64,000 nt of DNA, taken from assembly GCF_000002075.1 (NCBI RefSeq), contig NW_004797322.1, positions 1,848,008 through 1,912,007 of the forward strand, read 5' to 3'. The notes below the pieces were generated by a model. It was not told where the DNA came from. It worked only from the letters and a program-made list of their open reading frames with translations, and made no database searches. Source of the stretch: Aplysia californica (Eukaryota). Shown here one piece after another: positions 49,654-62,364 of this stretch (its first letter is position 1; every line of letters starts with the position of its first letter). Made by a program: the position numbers and the translations under genes.

Positions 49654-51398
49654 CTAGAAACAAAAGAAAACTCCAGCTATATCAAAACAGTATCAAATTA
49701 CTGACTAAAAATCGCAAGCTTGTATCAGTCCACACAGAACTACACAAGCCAGGTGGTAAAATATAGATATACAGAGCAGAAGTGCCATTCTTTGTAAGAT
49801 ACGGTTGCCTCCACCTAAATGCACACCAAACAAAGGCACGCTGTGCTCAAACGTATGTTTCCGTCATATGTTTTTTTTTAACTATCAAATTTAGACGTGC
49901 AAACATCCTTTCCTCTAAACGCACGCTCTGATCCATGAAACACACCAACAGGTAAAACTTGATAAAGGAAAATTTTTGCTCCAACTTAGTACAACTTACA
50001 CAGCTGGCATATAAAACAAGTTCAAACAACCAGATATTTGACAAGACTGCCCCTCATGCAGAACAAAGAAAGTGATGGAGAACGTTAACTTGTCCAACTG
50101 TACATGGAAACATAGGTCTAGGACTGGAAGAGTGATGTCTTTTGATTGGTCACTCGAAATGCATCTTTGAGACAAGGTTTCTAACTGGTGTTCGGGTGAC
50201 TGTCATGTTCAGTAAGGCCTATGAATATGATGTGCAACACGAGTAAATGTAGAACACAAGATAGGCATATATAGGATTAAAGATTTAACAAGTGATCAGC
50301 TGCGCTCAAAGAATTTATGACGTACTTTTTCAACAAATCACATGAGAAAAGTCTCTCAAAATGTCTGATGTCATCTATGCATTTACCAAGTTGCAATCGA
50401 TGATGGGCAGTCAGGAGTAGTCCCTTGGAAAGGCTGTGGATTAGCACTCTTACCTATGACTATCACCAACAGCTGCTTTTTTTCACCCCTTTTTTAGACA
50501 TGACCTCGATCGGGGAATCCTTTGCAAAACAGTGTCACGTTTTGTCACAGTACATGTATCAGCAAAAGTGACCCCTCCCCCAAAGGCAGGTCACCAAAAT
50601 ATCAAGGAAATGAGACGGTTGCATCCCTTTTCCTCTATGTATGGGTTCACAAAAACTCACGCATCATGGAAATGCATGTTTGAGAGTTTTCTCAAGCACT
50701 GTGCCGTTAGGCAGAGACAACTGTTTTTCAATTCATTCGCAGTATGTAAAGTCGCTTCCAAAACAATTGAAGATAGAAAAGAAACTTACTAAAGGGTTGT
50801 GGATTTTAAAAAAAAAAAATTAAGGTGAGTACTATCTAAATCTGGGATTCTGTAACTTTCACTGGTGGCAGACAAAATATAAGGGAGAATTAACACTTTA
50901 AAAAAAAATCATCTCATGTATCAAATTGAATAAATTATATAAATGGTATTTATAATACTGAATAACAGCGTGTGGAGTATTAACTACTGAAATGCGATGA
51001 GGGAAACAGACAGAAGAATAGAACGTAGAATGAGTCCAAAGATGAGCCAATCACTGGACATATGAATGGATGGACTGTAAGATGGAATGATGGATGGACA
51101 GATGGATGGATGGAAAGATGTACAGCTGGACCGACTAAAACATGGCACAAAAAGGAATAGGCAATTATTTTAATGTGAAACTAAAAAGTTTCCAATTTCC
51201 AATTAAAATTTCAAAGGAAAAGGAGCAAAATGAAAGACAAGAGAAAATAAAAAGGGGACTTGAACAATATCAATTGTATTATGACAAAAAAGAGATGGCA
51301 AACCGCATCTACACAGATTTCAGTTGTATGGGCAGCTGAATGAACAAATGCCTAACTTATTGTAATATTTACAAAAGCTACATCCTACATTAGTTTAC

Positions 51399-51520
51399 CT
51401 GTTGGTAAGCATCCTGCTGTCAATACTCTGTGTGAACATGGCTGTGTGAAGGTGTTTGGGAAGGGCACCTTCAGAGAGAGACAAATCCTGCATCTTGGCA
51501 GCAATCTCAGCATCACCTTC
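51399..51520 (-). CDS. DNAJC13: DNAJC13 exon ([41 protein letters not shown])
   Basis: Hand translation; TAG/GTAAA; 122 bp; the most upstream exon I could find. Confidence 0.94.
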
Positions 51521-52099
51521 CTATCAAAAATTAAAAACCCCACATGATTGATACTCAAGTCATTGAGCTGTACTTTACAGTGTCCCAGTACCATAAAACA
51601 GGAATCTTTTTAGGAAAAGGTTTTGATAACAATATTGCTGAAAAAAAAAGATTTTGAAAAAAGCACTACAGTGCCCAAGAACCATCCTTGACACAAAACA
51701 GATGTGGCCTCATTGTGAAATCATGCATTCGTCAAATAAATGAAATCAAAGAAACTCACATTTTTCTACCTGTTGGGCAATTTTCATCAATTTTTGTTTT
51801 GTTTGGGGTTCAACACCTTTCATGTCCACTTTTTATGTGCATGAATTTTACTTTAAAAAACGATCAAAGGCACAAAAATGTAAGACATCGCAGCTTTGGA
51901 AGTATCCTAACTCTGACGGCCATGTTCTCGCTAATTTTTACCACTGACACCAGATTACCCCCACCCCTTTCATTCACAAATATCTCGACTTCTATTTGAG
52001 ATAGAAGGGTATTTTTTTTTCATCACAAGCAAGGCAAAAGAACAGGCTCTAAGATTGAGCCAAAAAATTGACAAGCACCTGGTTTCACTGTGTCAAGAC

Positions 52100-53044
52100 C
52101 AGACCTGCCACTCTATTTTCCAGGGGATTCCATAAAAATGTATATCTATATANNNNNNNNNNNNNNNNNNNNNNNNNNNNNNNNNNNNNNNNNNNNNNNN
52201 NNNNNNNNNNNNNNNNNNNNNNNNNNNNNNNNNNNNNNNNNNNNNNNNNNNNNNNNNNNNNNNNNNNNNNNNNNNNNNNNNNNNNNNNNNNNNNNNNNNN
52301 NNNNNNNNNNNNNNNNNNNNNNNNNNNNNNNNNNNNNNNNNNNNNNNNNNNNNNNNNNNNNNNNNNNNNNNNNNNNNNNNNNNNNCCTGAAGCATCACGT
52401 CAAGCACTCCTAGTTGTCTAACCCCCCCCCCCCCCCCCCCAAGTCCTGAAAGATGTTTAACCTGCGTGCATGCAGTTAAGTTGATCCCGTCAACTAACAG
52501 TCCCCGACACACGCGCAACTCACACGCTTAAGTCATGGCATGTGATGTGAATGCGCAATAACACTGACGGGTCTCGATGGTGGGCCCGACTAACCAGAAC
52601 TTCAACAAATCTTGTTTTGAAAGTAACAGCAGAACTACGAATAATATTGATCACTTAAATGACGCAACTGAAACAGTCATCAGGCCATTACCGTAGAATT
52701 ATGAGTGGAAACAAGCGAAAGTTGACCTTGAGAATGTCCCAGGTCGGAATACCAAATCATATAGTAGACATAACACGTGCGAGCAAAGATCCAACACAAC
52801 TTGGAATGAGTCAACTACTAAATCCGGCATTACCATTCCCGAATTCCTGCTGACAAAAAGTTCAACGTGCGCTTCCCGTGACAGAGAAGAAAGTAGAGTA
52901 CGTTTAATTTTCGAAAAATCCCGAGCAACAGACGAAACCAAAAAATCGAGATACACGGGATTGAAATCGGGATAATTGGCACTCTTGAGAAATGGGTCAA
53001 AACATCGGGATATCCTGATTAAATCAGGATGAGCGGCAGGTCTG
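52100..53044. mobile_element. hAT-like MITE with 6-bp TSD CAAGAC (contains an assembly gap)
   Basis: CAAGAC|CAGACCTGCC...GGCAGGTCTG|CAAGAC; subterminal CGGGA motifs. Confidence 0.75.
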
Positions 53045-53879
53045 CAAGACATGATTTGCGAATGGCAAATGCCTCATACAAACAGCCTGCTTCTTTTGAT
53101 TGGATAACGTGCCCAAAGTATTAATGGTACTGCTGCTGAAACAGGACTGCTGGTGGCTGAATGGACAACGTAGGAATGGCATGTCTTCTCTTCTGCCAGA
53201 TCTATCCAGGATCTTTTCATCACCCTTGTTTTTTGAGTAAGCAACGCGAGCTGCTGCCCATGGCTTTAATGTCCTCCCAACTCTCTGAGTTCAAGCTTTC
53301 ATGATGTGCTTGCAGATATCATGGTACCACAGATGGGGGGCGGGGGGGGGGTGTCACCTTAAGGTCTTTTGCAAGAGGTCAGTTCAGAGTGGAAAATGAC
53401 TTAGACTTAAGGAACCCCGAGTCTTCCACATAAATAACTCTCATGGCCAAGTCAGTGTTGTCTGAATGGCATGTGCACGGAAAGGAGCTAGCACAGGCAA
53501 AGACTTGAGTATTGGGCATTTGAAGCTCCAGCTGAAGCCAGTGATCATGTGGTGAAGGTACAACTTCTGAAAAGTGTTCAGCTTCTGCTCTTGCCTGGCC
53601 TAGTTTGTTCAGGAGTTATTCCAGTAGAGGACGGGGCTGACAACACAAATGTTTTGTATTGCCTTTTTGGCGGGAACCGTCAGCTTGGGGTTCTCCTGAA
53701 TACATTGGCCAGTTGTTCTAGGGTTGTTGCAGCCTCACCAATCCGTACATTATATAGGTACAAATTACAGCTGATGTTAGTGGAACTACAGTAGGTTCAG
53801 TATTGTAACATTTCAAACTGACAGTTGTAAATGGTGATGACAGGTGGTGTGTCCATATCCTGGCCCAATATATTGGTCT

Positions 53880-54215
53880 CTTTTTTTTTTGGTAAGTGTT
53901 TTTACGGCGCTCGCAACTGCATACGGTCATATGAGCGCGCGGGACACACCTAATACTTTTAGTGGGTAGGAAATTTTGAATTTTGCCCGGGTGGCGGCCG
54001 AAGCCTGCTCTTATCGATTTTAGACCACCAAGGGATCTTTAACGTGCGCAACTTGCACACGGGCCCTCCGAGATTTTTCGCCCTTGTCCGAAAAGGCTAG
54101 GTGTAGATCTTTCCTACCAGAAGACCAGGGGTGTGGCAGAAAGACAGCTGAAAGAATGAGTCAAGGAGTAGCAGTAGAAAGGCTGCAGAAAGAGTCAGGA
54201 GCTCAGAGGAGGGGG
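53880..54215 (-). mobile_element. 5'-truncated copy of the same SINE
   Basis: High reverse-complement identity to 49140-49455. Confidence 0.9.
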
Positions 54216-55297
54216 CAAAGGATTTTTTTATCTTTTTTTAATCAAGTAGTACAAAGACAGGGTTACCTACCCCAAATTTCCCATTTCAAGTAGATTCAGG
54301 GTCAATTTCAAGTATTTTGTTGGGTTGTTAAGTTCTGTCTTCAAAAATTTTAATTGTGAATAAACAAGCACTCGTTTCTAGTGTCCTCAAATAAATGAGC
54401 AAATAAACTAATCACATACTGTATCGAAATGTGGGTGGGCAGAAGCTGATTGGTAAACCTCAAAGATGCATTATTCCCTGCTCTAGACGCTGCTCATTTG
54501 TGACGTTATGAACAAGCAAGCAAATGAGCCGACGACACATATCTTGCTGGCTCATTCATGATGTCACACTGCAGCCCCCCCCCCCCCCCTCTAAAAAACA
54601 ACAACAACAAAAAACACCCTGTGTGTTGATCTTTCAAGAAACAACACACAAATCTATGGAAATAATGATTCTTTCTCCTTGGCATCCAATGCCCTCAACC
54701 AATCTTCTCGTTTCTCGATTCCATATAATGAATCAGTAGGTCTAGATCTACGCCTATTCAGCGTTTGCTCTGACACTTCACTAACTCAGGATTACAAAGC
54801 TCTAGCTCTAGCTGACATTTTCGGCAGTTTTGAGTTAATAAGATCATGAGGTCTGAAACCATATTCTACCTGCTCTATCGAAATCGTAAGATTATTCGGA
54901 GTCGTTATCAAGATTTTCAAAGAATGCATTCGAAAAAGCTTGGCAAGGTGTAAAACTCAAAATCTTTGACATTAAATTTCTTAAAACTAGGCACTGAGTA
55001 AAAAAAAAAAAACCCACGTAATTTCGAGGTAGCGACTTGTTAGGCCTAGCCTGTCGCACATCATGTCTATGAATTGCAGTCCCATCAGCTCCCGATGTGC
55101 CAAACCCAGGGTGATCAGCGATACATCTTAGGCAGATAATGAATCAGTATCGAGCACTCACTACAGCACTGGTATTTAGGCCAAATAATCAGGTAGTACA
55201 AAGACAAAGAAGGAAATAAAAAGATGAACACTACCCCAGTTTAAGTAGTTACCATCGAGCAGAGCCTGCTTCTAGTAATGTTATTATATTTTTAAAA

Positions 55298-55325
55298 CGT
55301 GTGTGAGTGTGTGTGTGTGTGTGTA

Positions 55326-55388
<63 letters not shown>

Positions 55389-55410
55389 ATGCCTGTGTGC
55401 GTGCGTGTGC
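55298..55410. repeat. (GT)n microsatellite
   Basis: Direct inspection. Confidence 0.95.
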
Positions 55411-55656
55411 TTTGATGTGTTTATAGGTATACATATATAATTTAATGCTTCAAATTTCGAATGGGGAGCCCAGTATACCAGTCTATGAAAAAAAAAAACG
55501 TTCGCTGCGCATCGAAGTGATGGTTGCTTGGTGTGGCTACTCATATAGCCTAACGCTTCAAATTTTGAATAGGGCAAGGGGAGCTCAGTGTGCCAGCATA
55601 GTATAATGCAAAATCATCGGCTGCATTTCAAAGTGATGGTCTCCAGGTGTGACTAC

Positions 55657-58600
55657 CACAGAATTCTACGCTATTAGAAGCGGAACTCCCTCTTCGCGAT
55701 CGCCGATTCGCTGTGAGGAATTGAAACTAAAACATGGCGGCCTGTTGAGGGCATCTTTGGCTGCGCCGCACAGCGAGGCTTTGCGTTGCTATGCACGCTG
55801 ATGCTAGTGGTAGGGCTTGGAAGACACCCTACATCAGTATTTTTAAACTTTCTTCGAAGAGGAAATATAGTGAAATAGTCTAGTACATTTTTATTGCCAA
55901 CAATATGTCATAATTGGAAATGTTACAATGTTTTTGTATTTGTATTGTTGGTTTGTTGTTTTTTAAAATGATGGGATGGGATCTAGAACTAGATAGATCT
56001 AGATCTCAAGATATCTAGATCTACTAAAGATCTTCACAATCACAATACACTTGATAATAACACTAATTATGAACATTAATTCTGTTGGCAAAATATTTAG
56101 ATATAGTCTTGATTAGTACTAGATCTACGATAAGGCGACGCTGGCAGTAACATGCTCACTACAATAATATTGTCATTAAGCTTAAGGCCATCCAAAGCAA
56201 GCAAAAAAGAATAATATAAGCCTTTTCTCCAATTTACTAGAAAGAGATAAATAAATTTAGCTTATATTGAGGAAATGTATTATTTCTCACTTTAAGAATT
56301 CATCTGTGTTTGCATCAGTAGTGTGTACAACAACATGCTTTGTTTAAAGCACGTGCGAGTCTAACAAATACAAGAGTAGAGATTAGAGAATGTGTCGGTT
56401 GCACATAAAATACATAGGCCTATTGTACATGCTGCCAAAAACACAAAAATGCAGAAAAGGCCTCAAAATATTGGTTTACACATAAAAGCCAATAATGCAA
56501 AACAAAGTAAACAAGAGTGGAACTGGCATATGTTTCCTGAATATATGTTCAAAGTCATTTTCTGTATGTTGGGAGTGTGATTTCTAATGCATGAATGATA
56601 GGTTCATTTAGATGTAATAATGAAGAAACTTGTGTCTACAGTCACAACAGAAAGAGTTCCATGGCGAGTGATCACTGGTCAAGGATTTCAGAGCTGTGTG
56701 CATTTTGAGAAAAATGTATCCCCATACCCTGGATCACATGTCGAGGGGATGGGCTTGTCCCCCTGTAATCCCCGCACACAGTAAACAAACACATATTTTT
56801 GAACACGAATAAGAAAAAATAAGTGGTCTCTTGTTACGGATCAAATTGAAGTCATGTTTCAATTCGATTAATTGATAAAAGTGCGTATCGCAATGCGTTG
56901 GCTACCCCTGCCCTATAGGACTATGCTATTTAATAAATACATTCGTCAGACCTGGAATCTTTAATGCCCGCACACAGTAAACAAACACACATTTTTGAAC
57001 ACGTATAAGAAAAAATAAGTGTTGTCTTGTTACGGATCAAATCGAAGTCCTGTTACAATTCAATTAATTGATAAAAGCGTGTATCGCAAGGCATCGGCTA
57101 ACCCAGCACTATTACGCTATTTTATAAATACATTCGTCAGATCTGGAATCTTTAATCTTTAATTTTTAATGCCCGCACACAGTAAACAAACACACATTTT
57201 TGAACACGTATATAAGAAAAAATAAGTGTTGTCTTGTTACGGATCAAATCGAAGTCCTGTTACAATTCAATTAATTGATAAAAGCGTGTATCGCAAGGCA
57301 TCGGCTAACCCAGCACTATTACGCTATTTTATAAATACATTCGTCAGATCTGGAATCTTTAATCTTTAATTTTTAATCTCCGCACATAGAGTAAACAAAC
57401 ACATTTTTGAATACGTATAAGAAAAAATAAGTGTTGTCTTGTTACGGATCAAATCGAAGTCCTGTTACAATTCAATTAATTGATAAAAGCGTGTATCGCA
57501 AGGCATCGGCTAACCCAGCACTATTACGCTATTTTATAAATACATTCATCAGATCTGGAATCTTTAATCTTTAATTTTTAATCCCCACACACAATAAACA
57601 AACACACATTCATGAACACGTATAAAAAAATAAGTGGTCTCTTTTTACGGATCAAATTGAAGTCTAGTTACAATTCAATTAATTGATAATAGCGCGCATT
57701 GCAATGCATTGGCTAACTCAGCATTATACGCTATTTAATAATACATTCGTCAGATTTGGAATCTTAAATTATATGAGCCCGCGCGTGGAAAGTGAAAGTG
57801 AAAGGAATTGAAAATGCTTTCAAAAACAATTATGAAAGTAACATAATTAAAGTAGGACTACATGTGCTTATAAAGGCCCAAAAAGGTGTATGGATGCGGA
57901 AATTAATGTTTCGGATGAAAATAATACACTATCTCTACTACTACTACTGTAGCATGCGGTCAAAAATTTGATGCGCAACTTATTATCAAATATCTAGGCT
58001 ACTGAACTATCGAACACCTAGATCTAGATTCTCCTACTTTTACACAATGACTTAGATCTATATCAATTCGTCTTAACCGATGAGTATTTTTTTCAAACAT
58101 TTGTACACATCTATAGGTTCTATATTATTCTAGAAATTTCTTTAAAGAAAATTCTTTAATAAATACTAGCCAAATATTTCAACAACAAAAACCCAGTCAA
58201 TGGTTTCTACAGATTTTTAAAAGGTTTTTAGCTGGAGCTAAATCTCTTTTAAAAGCAAGTCCGTCCTTTTTTCTACTTCTGCTGGCGACATAAAGTTAAT
58301 TATTGAACGCATGTTTTGAGAACATTAATTAGATCTAGATCTAGTGAAAAAATATGTTCAGTGTAAAACAAATTTCTTGTAACAAGTTGTGCTACTAAAA
58401 AATTACGTAGGCCATATATGCGTATGCAAAATGTGTGTGGGAAGCTAGAGGTGCTGTGAACAATCCCATCCGTGTTACGATTTTTTTCACAGTTCTGTAG
58501 ATCTTTTATATTTATAAACTCTCTATGTCTGCTGTTTCTCTTGTTGCACCCAAAAACACAACAATTTAAAACCTTAATTCCAATCTCTAGTTGCACAGTG

Positions 58601-58801
58601 AATTCTGTAACTCAAAATTACAAACTGGACAGTAAATGTTCCATTTTTCACTCGTTTGTAAAAGCCGCTCTTGCTTTAAAAGCACTATAGGGTTACTTCC
58701 GAAAACGATAAATCGTGCCCTCAAGACGCCATTGTTTTCAGTCTTCAATTCCTCACAGGTCACGTGGTACAGTTCCCGTTCTATTAGTGTAGAATTCTGT
58801 G
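55657..58801 (-). mobile_element. P-element-like non-autonomous transposon, copy B (inverted)
   Basis: Same TIRs; 8-bp TSD GTGACTAC; colinear with copy A; 5 internal ~200-bp repeats (56770-57770). Confidence 0.88.
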
Positions 58802-59269
58802 GTGACTACTCATAATAAGGCTTAGCAGTTCAAGCACTTCAAATTTTGATTAGGGCAAGGGGAGCTCATTGAGCAAGGCAGCGTAGGCGTAAGCAAAACC
58901 ATTCACTGCGCTTTGAAACAATGGCACATTGAGTTGAGACTAGTGTCTCTTAGTGGCATGTTTTATATATATTCTCTCCTGTTACCCCCACTTATCACTC
59001 TTCCCCGTAATCATCAACTACAATGTATTGCTGAATTTACCACAGTGAGTAGTTTAATATATGTTCTAATTTTACTATGGGTTGAGAAAATAAGACGAAA
59101 ATCCATTATTTAAAAAAAATCATACAGCATTCGAATGGATCTGTCACACTTTGAATTGCTGCGAATGGCGCAAAAATCTTGAATGTTGAACAGTAGAATC
59201 CAATGCTCACAGCTCTACTAGATGCTCGATACTGATTCGTTACCTGCAAGTGCAGAGGGTGTTCTAAAA

Positions 59270-59830
59270 AAATGAACCAACCAGTTTGTGAGCATTGAAT
59301 TAAACAATTCATTAATACCACCTGCAAGTTTACAAAAGAAAACATCAATTTTACACCTTTGCAGACTTGGCGTATCGACCAAACTAATTCATGAAAATTT
59401 ACACTGTTTGTAGGGTAAGAATTTAGTGAAGGGAAAGATAAAGTTTTTGATTACCCACATTCTCGCCACCAAAATTTATCTGTGATTGAGAAAATGGTTG
59501 AAGCATTGGGCAAGAATCCCATACCTCTATACGAGAACTTAGAGTTGGTTTGGTTGGTGCAAAATATTATTCCTTTAGAATTACATGTTAAAAAGTGTGT
59601 GCCAGTTGGATGGCTCATTTACTAACCAAGGAGCATAAAATGCGCCACAGAATTGTTCAATGTGTTTGAATGCCACGGGCCCAAGCAACACTTACAGACA
59701 TTGTCTTAGGAGACAAAACATGGATTCCCTCTTTTAGAATTCTAACAAAACAGCTGGAATGTGCATGGACAGATGAAATATGAGACAGGCATGTTGTTTT
59801 GCATCCACAAAGAGGTTTTTAAGGCCGTAC
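59270..59830 (+). mobile_element. Highly degenerate mariner remnant
   Basis: WMAHLLTKEHKMR (cf. WVPHxLT) and IVLGDKTWI (cf. IVTGDETWI); start resembles a CAGGGTG-type TIR. Confidence 0.55.
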
Positions 59831-60180
59831 TCAGTAGTCTTATTGCCGTTGTTATCATGCCATGTAATACTATTATGACGCTTTACTCCTTCTTACTATG
59901 TACAAAAGATACTTCTCTGGTTAAAAAATGCTGTTGATGAGCAGAGACCAAAGATAAGATTCTCACACAATGCTCCTCCACAACAATGCAATTCCCCACA
60001 AAGCAANNNNNNNNNNNNNNNNNNNNNNNNNNNNNNNNNNNNNNNNNNNNNNNNNNNNNNNNNNNNNNNNNNNNNNNNNNNNNNNNNNNNNNNNNNNNNN
60101 NNNNNNNNNNNNNNNNNNNNNNNNNNNNNNNNNNNNNNNNNNNNNNNNNNNNNNNNNNNNNNNNNNNNNNNNNNNNNNNN

Positions 60181-62303
60181 GGTACCTAAAATATAGCACA
60201 GATGGTTGATTATAAGGTTTTGAATATTTCGCTTTTTACTTGACTTTTTCTATTCATGTATATCTCCTCCAACAAAAACAAGTATTTACAGACCTATAGA
60301 TGGCATGCTAAGCTGTGTAACTGGCGTTACGTAACGTCTTGAAGTCATATTCTTTCGGACATAACTATGATGACACATTGTACATACAAAATTATTTTAA
60401 CACTTTCCTTTTTTCAAACATAAACGTGAAGAGCATATAAAATGGTGAAGATCACATATGAGCCTTTGCCAATAGGTGGGGTTTTCTTCATATACCTTAC
60501 AAAATCCGTTCCTATTCCAATAAAAATGGTGCTACAGCTTTGAAAACTGTATATATTATGTTGTGCTTAATATGGTGTTTCAGCTATGGAGCATAGAAAT
60601 AGCAGTCGCGCTATCAGAAGAAATTTAAGAATTATTTTTAGTTCTGAAATCTATGTATTTTTAGAATGAAAAACATGACGCGTCGCTGAGAACTAATTTC
60701 GATTCCCTGTGACTTCGTTTCTATCAGCCATTTTGGGGCCCTGGAATGAGCATAATATCGTTCAATGTTTACTCTCTGCCCTGACTGATTCCGAGGCTGT
60801 GACCGTACGTTATTTTGCAGAAAACGGAAATCCCGCGACGCCTCTAGCTCTGTCATCATTTTTTATGTTCGAAAGAGCCAATCAGAAAACAAGAAGTAAT
60901 ACGGGTGGAGGAACGTGCATTGTTCCTGTCGATCCATTCAAAGCGTATTGTTGTGCGATGTAAGATGGCCAGAAGAATAACGATGGATGAGATGAATCCA
61001 TTTAAGTTTTTTATGTCGTCATCAAATCTAAACATGTTACAGTTATGTTCGTAAATTTAAACCAAGTAATGGTTAACATCGCATAGCGTTCCAATGGTCA
61101 AGTAGTGGTAGATCTACATGCTCCTCCTCCTCCTCCTCCTCCTCCTCCTCGTTCTCGATGACAGCAGCTAGACAGTCAGTCCGATGTCGCGTACAAACTG
61201 TGTAGTGCGCTTCAACTCTGAAAGACTGCCATAGAGTTCTCTCTCAAGGGGAGCCACATTCTGCCACGTCTGTGCGCGAAGGGTGGCGTAGCGCGGGCAG
61301 TGCTGAAGGATATGGTTGGCATCCTCTTGGTCGTGTCCACATTATATGTTCCAAAATGGAGACAAACATTTATCCACTATCATGACTATTTATGTGTCAT
61401 TGTGGTTATGTTCGAAAGGTACTTGGTATTTTGCATTAGAGTCATAGTAAAATGTGAATTAAGTGACATTTTTTCACCATTAGCATGAATAAGTCGAACT
61501 AAATCTCCTGAATCTTTGTTTGCCAAAATTTCAACAACAAAAAATGAATTAAAATATAAAAATGGAAAGTTTTTCATTTCTTTCGGACATAATTATGATG
61601 ACACAAATGCAAACACAAAGACATTCAGAATTTCTTTTTTCCTTGATTTTATATATGCTCTTCATGCTTATGTTTGAAATAAAGCAATGAGGAAACTATT
61701 AAAATAATTTTATGTTCCGTAAATTACATTCAGGGTTTTATTCATTTTGTGTCATCATGGTTATGTTCGAGAGATATTAGATATTTTGCAGAGATTCATA
61801 ATAAAATGTGAATAAAGTGGAATTTTTTCATCATTAGCAAGCATTGTTAGTAATGTTAGTCAAACTGAATCTTCTGAATCGTTGTTTGCCTACATTTTCA
61901 TAAAACAAATTAAAATATGAAAACGGAAAGTTTTTCATTTCTTTCTGATATAACTATGATGACACAAATGCAAACACAACGGTATTCAGAATTTCTTGTT
62001 CCTCTGATCCTCACCATTTTATAGGCTCTTCATGCTTATGTTTGAAAATTAAATCAATAAGAAAACTGTTAAAATAAATTTGCATGTACAAATTCTACAA
62101 AAATGTTTCATCATAGTTATAATTTATGTCCGAAAAAATTTGACTTGACGTTACGCAATGCCAGTTACACAGCTTAGCATGCCGTCTGTAGGTCTGTAAA
62201 TACATGTTTTAGTGGAAGGAGATATACATGAATACAAAAGTTCAAGTAAAAACGAAATATTCAAAACTTTATAATCAACCCTCTGTGCTACATTTTAGGT
62301 ACC
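60181..62303. mobile_element. Foldback-like non-autonomous element with long (>200 bp) TIRs
   Basis: GGTACCTAAAATATAGCACAGA.GGTTGATTATAA.. versus revcomp at 62130-62303; repeated ACATAAYTATGATGACACA motif in both orientations; left terminus abuts a gap. Confidence 0.8.
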
Positions 62304-62322
62304 CACCTATTGGCAAAAGCTC

Positions 62323-62364
<42 letters not shown>

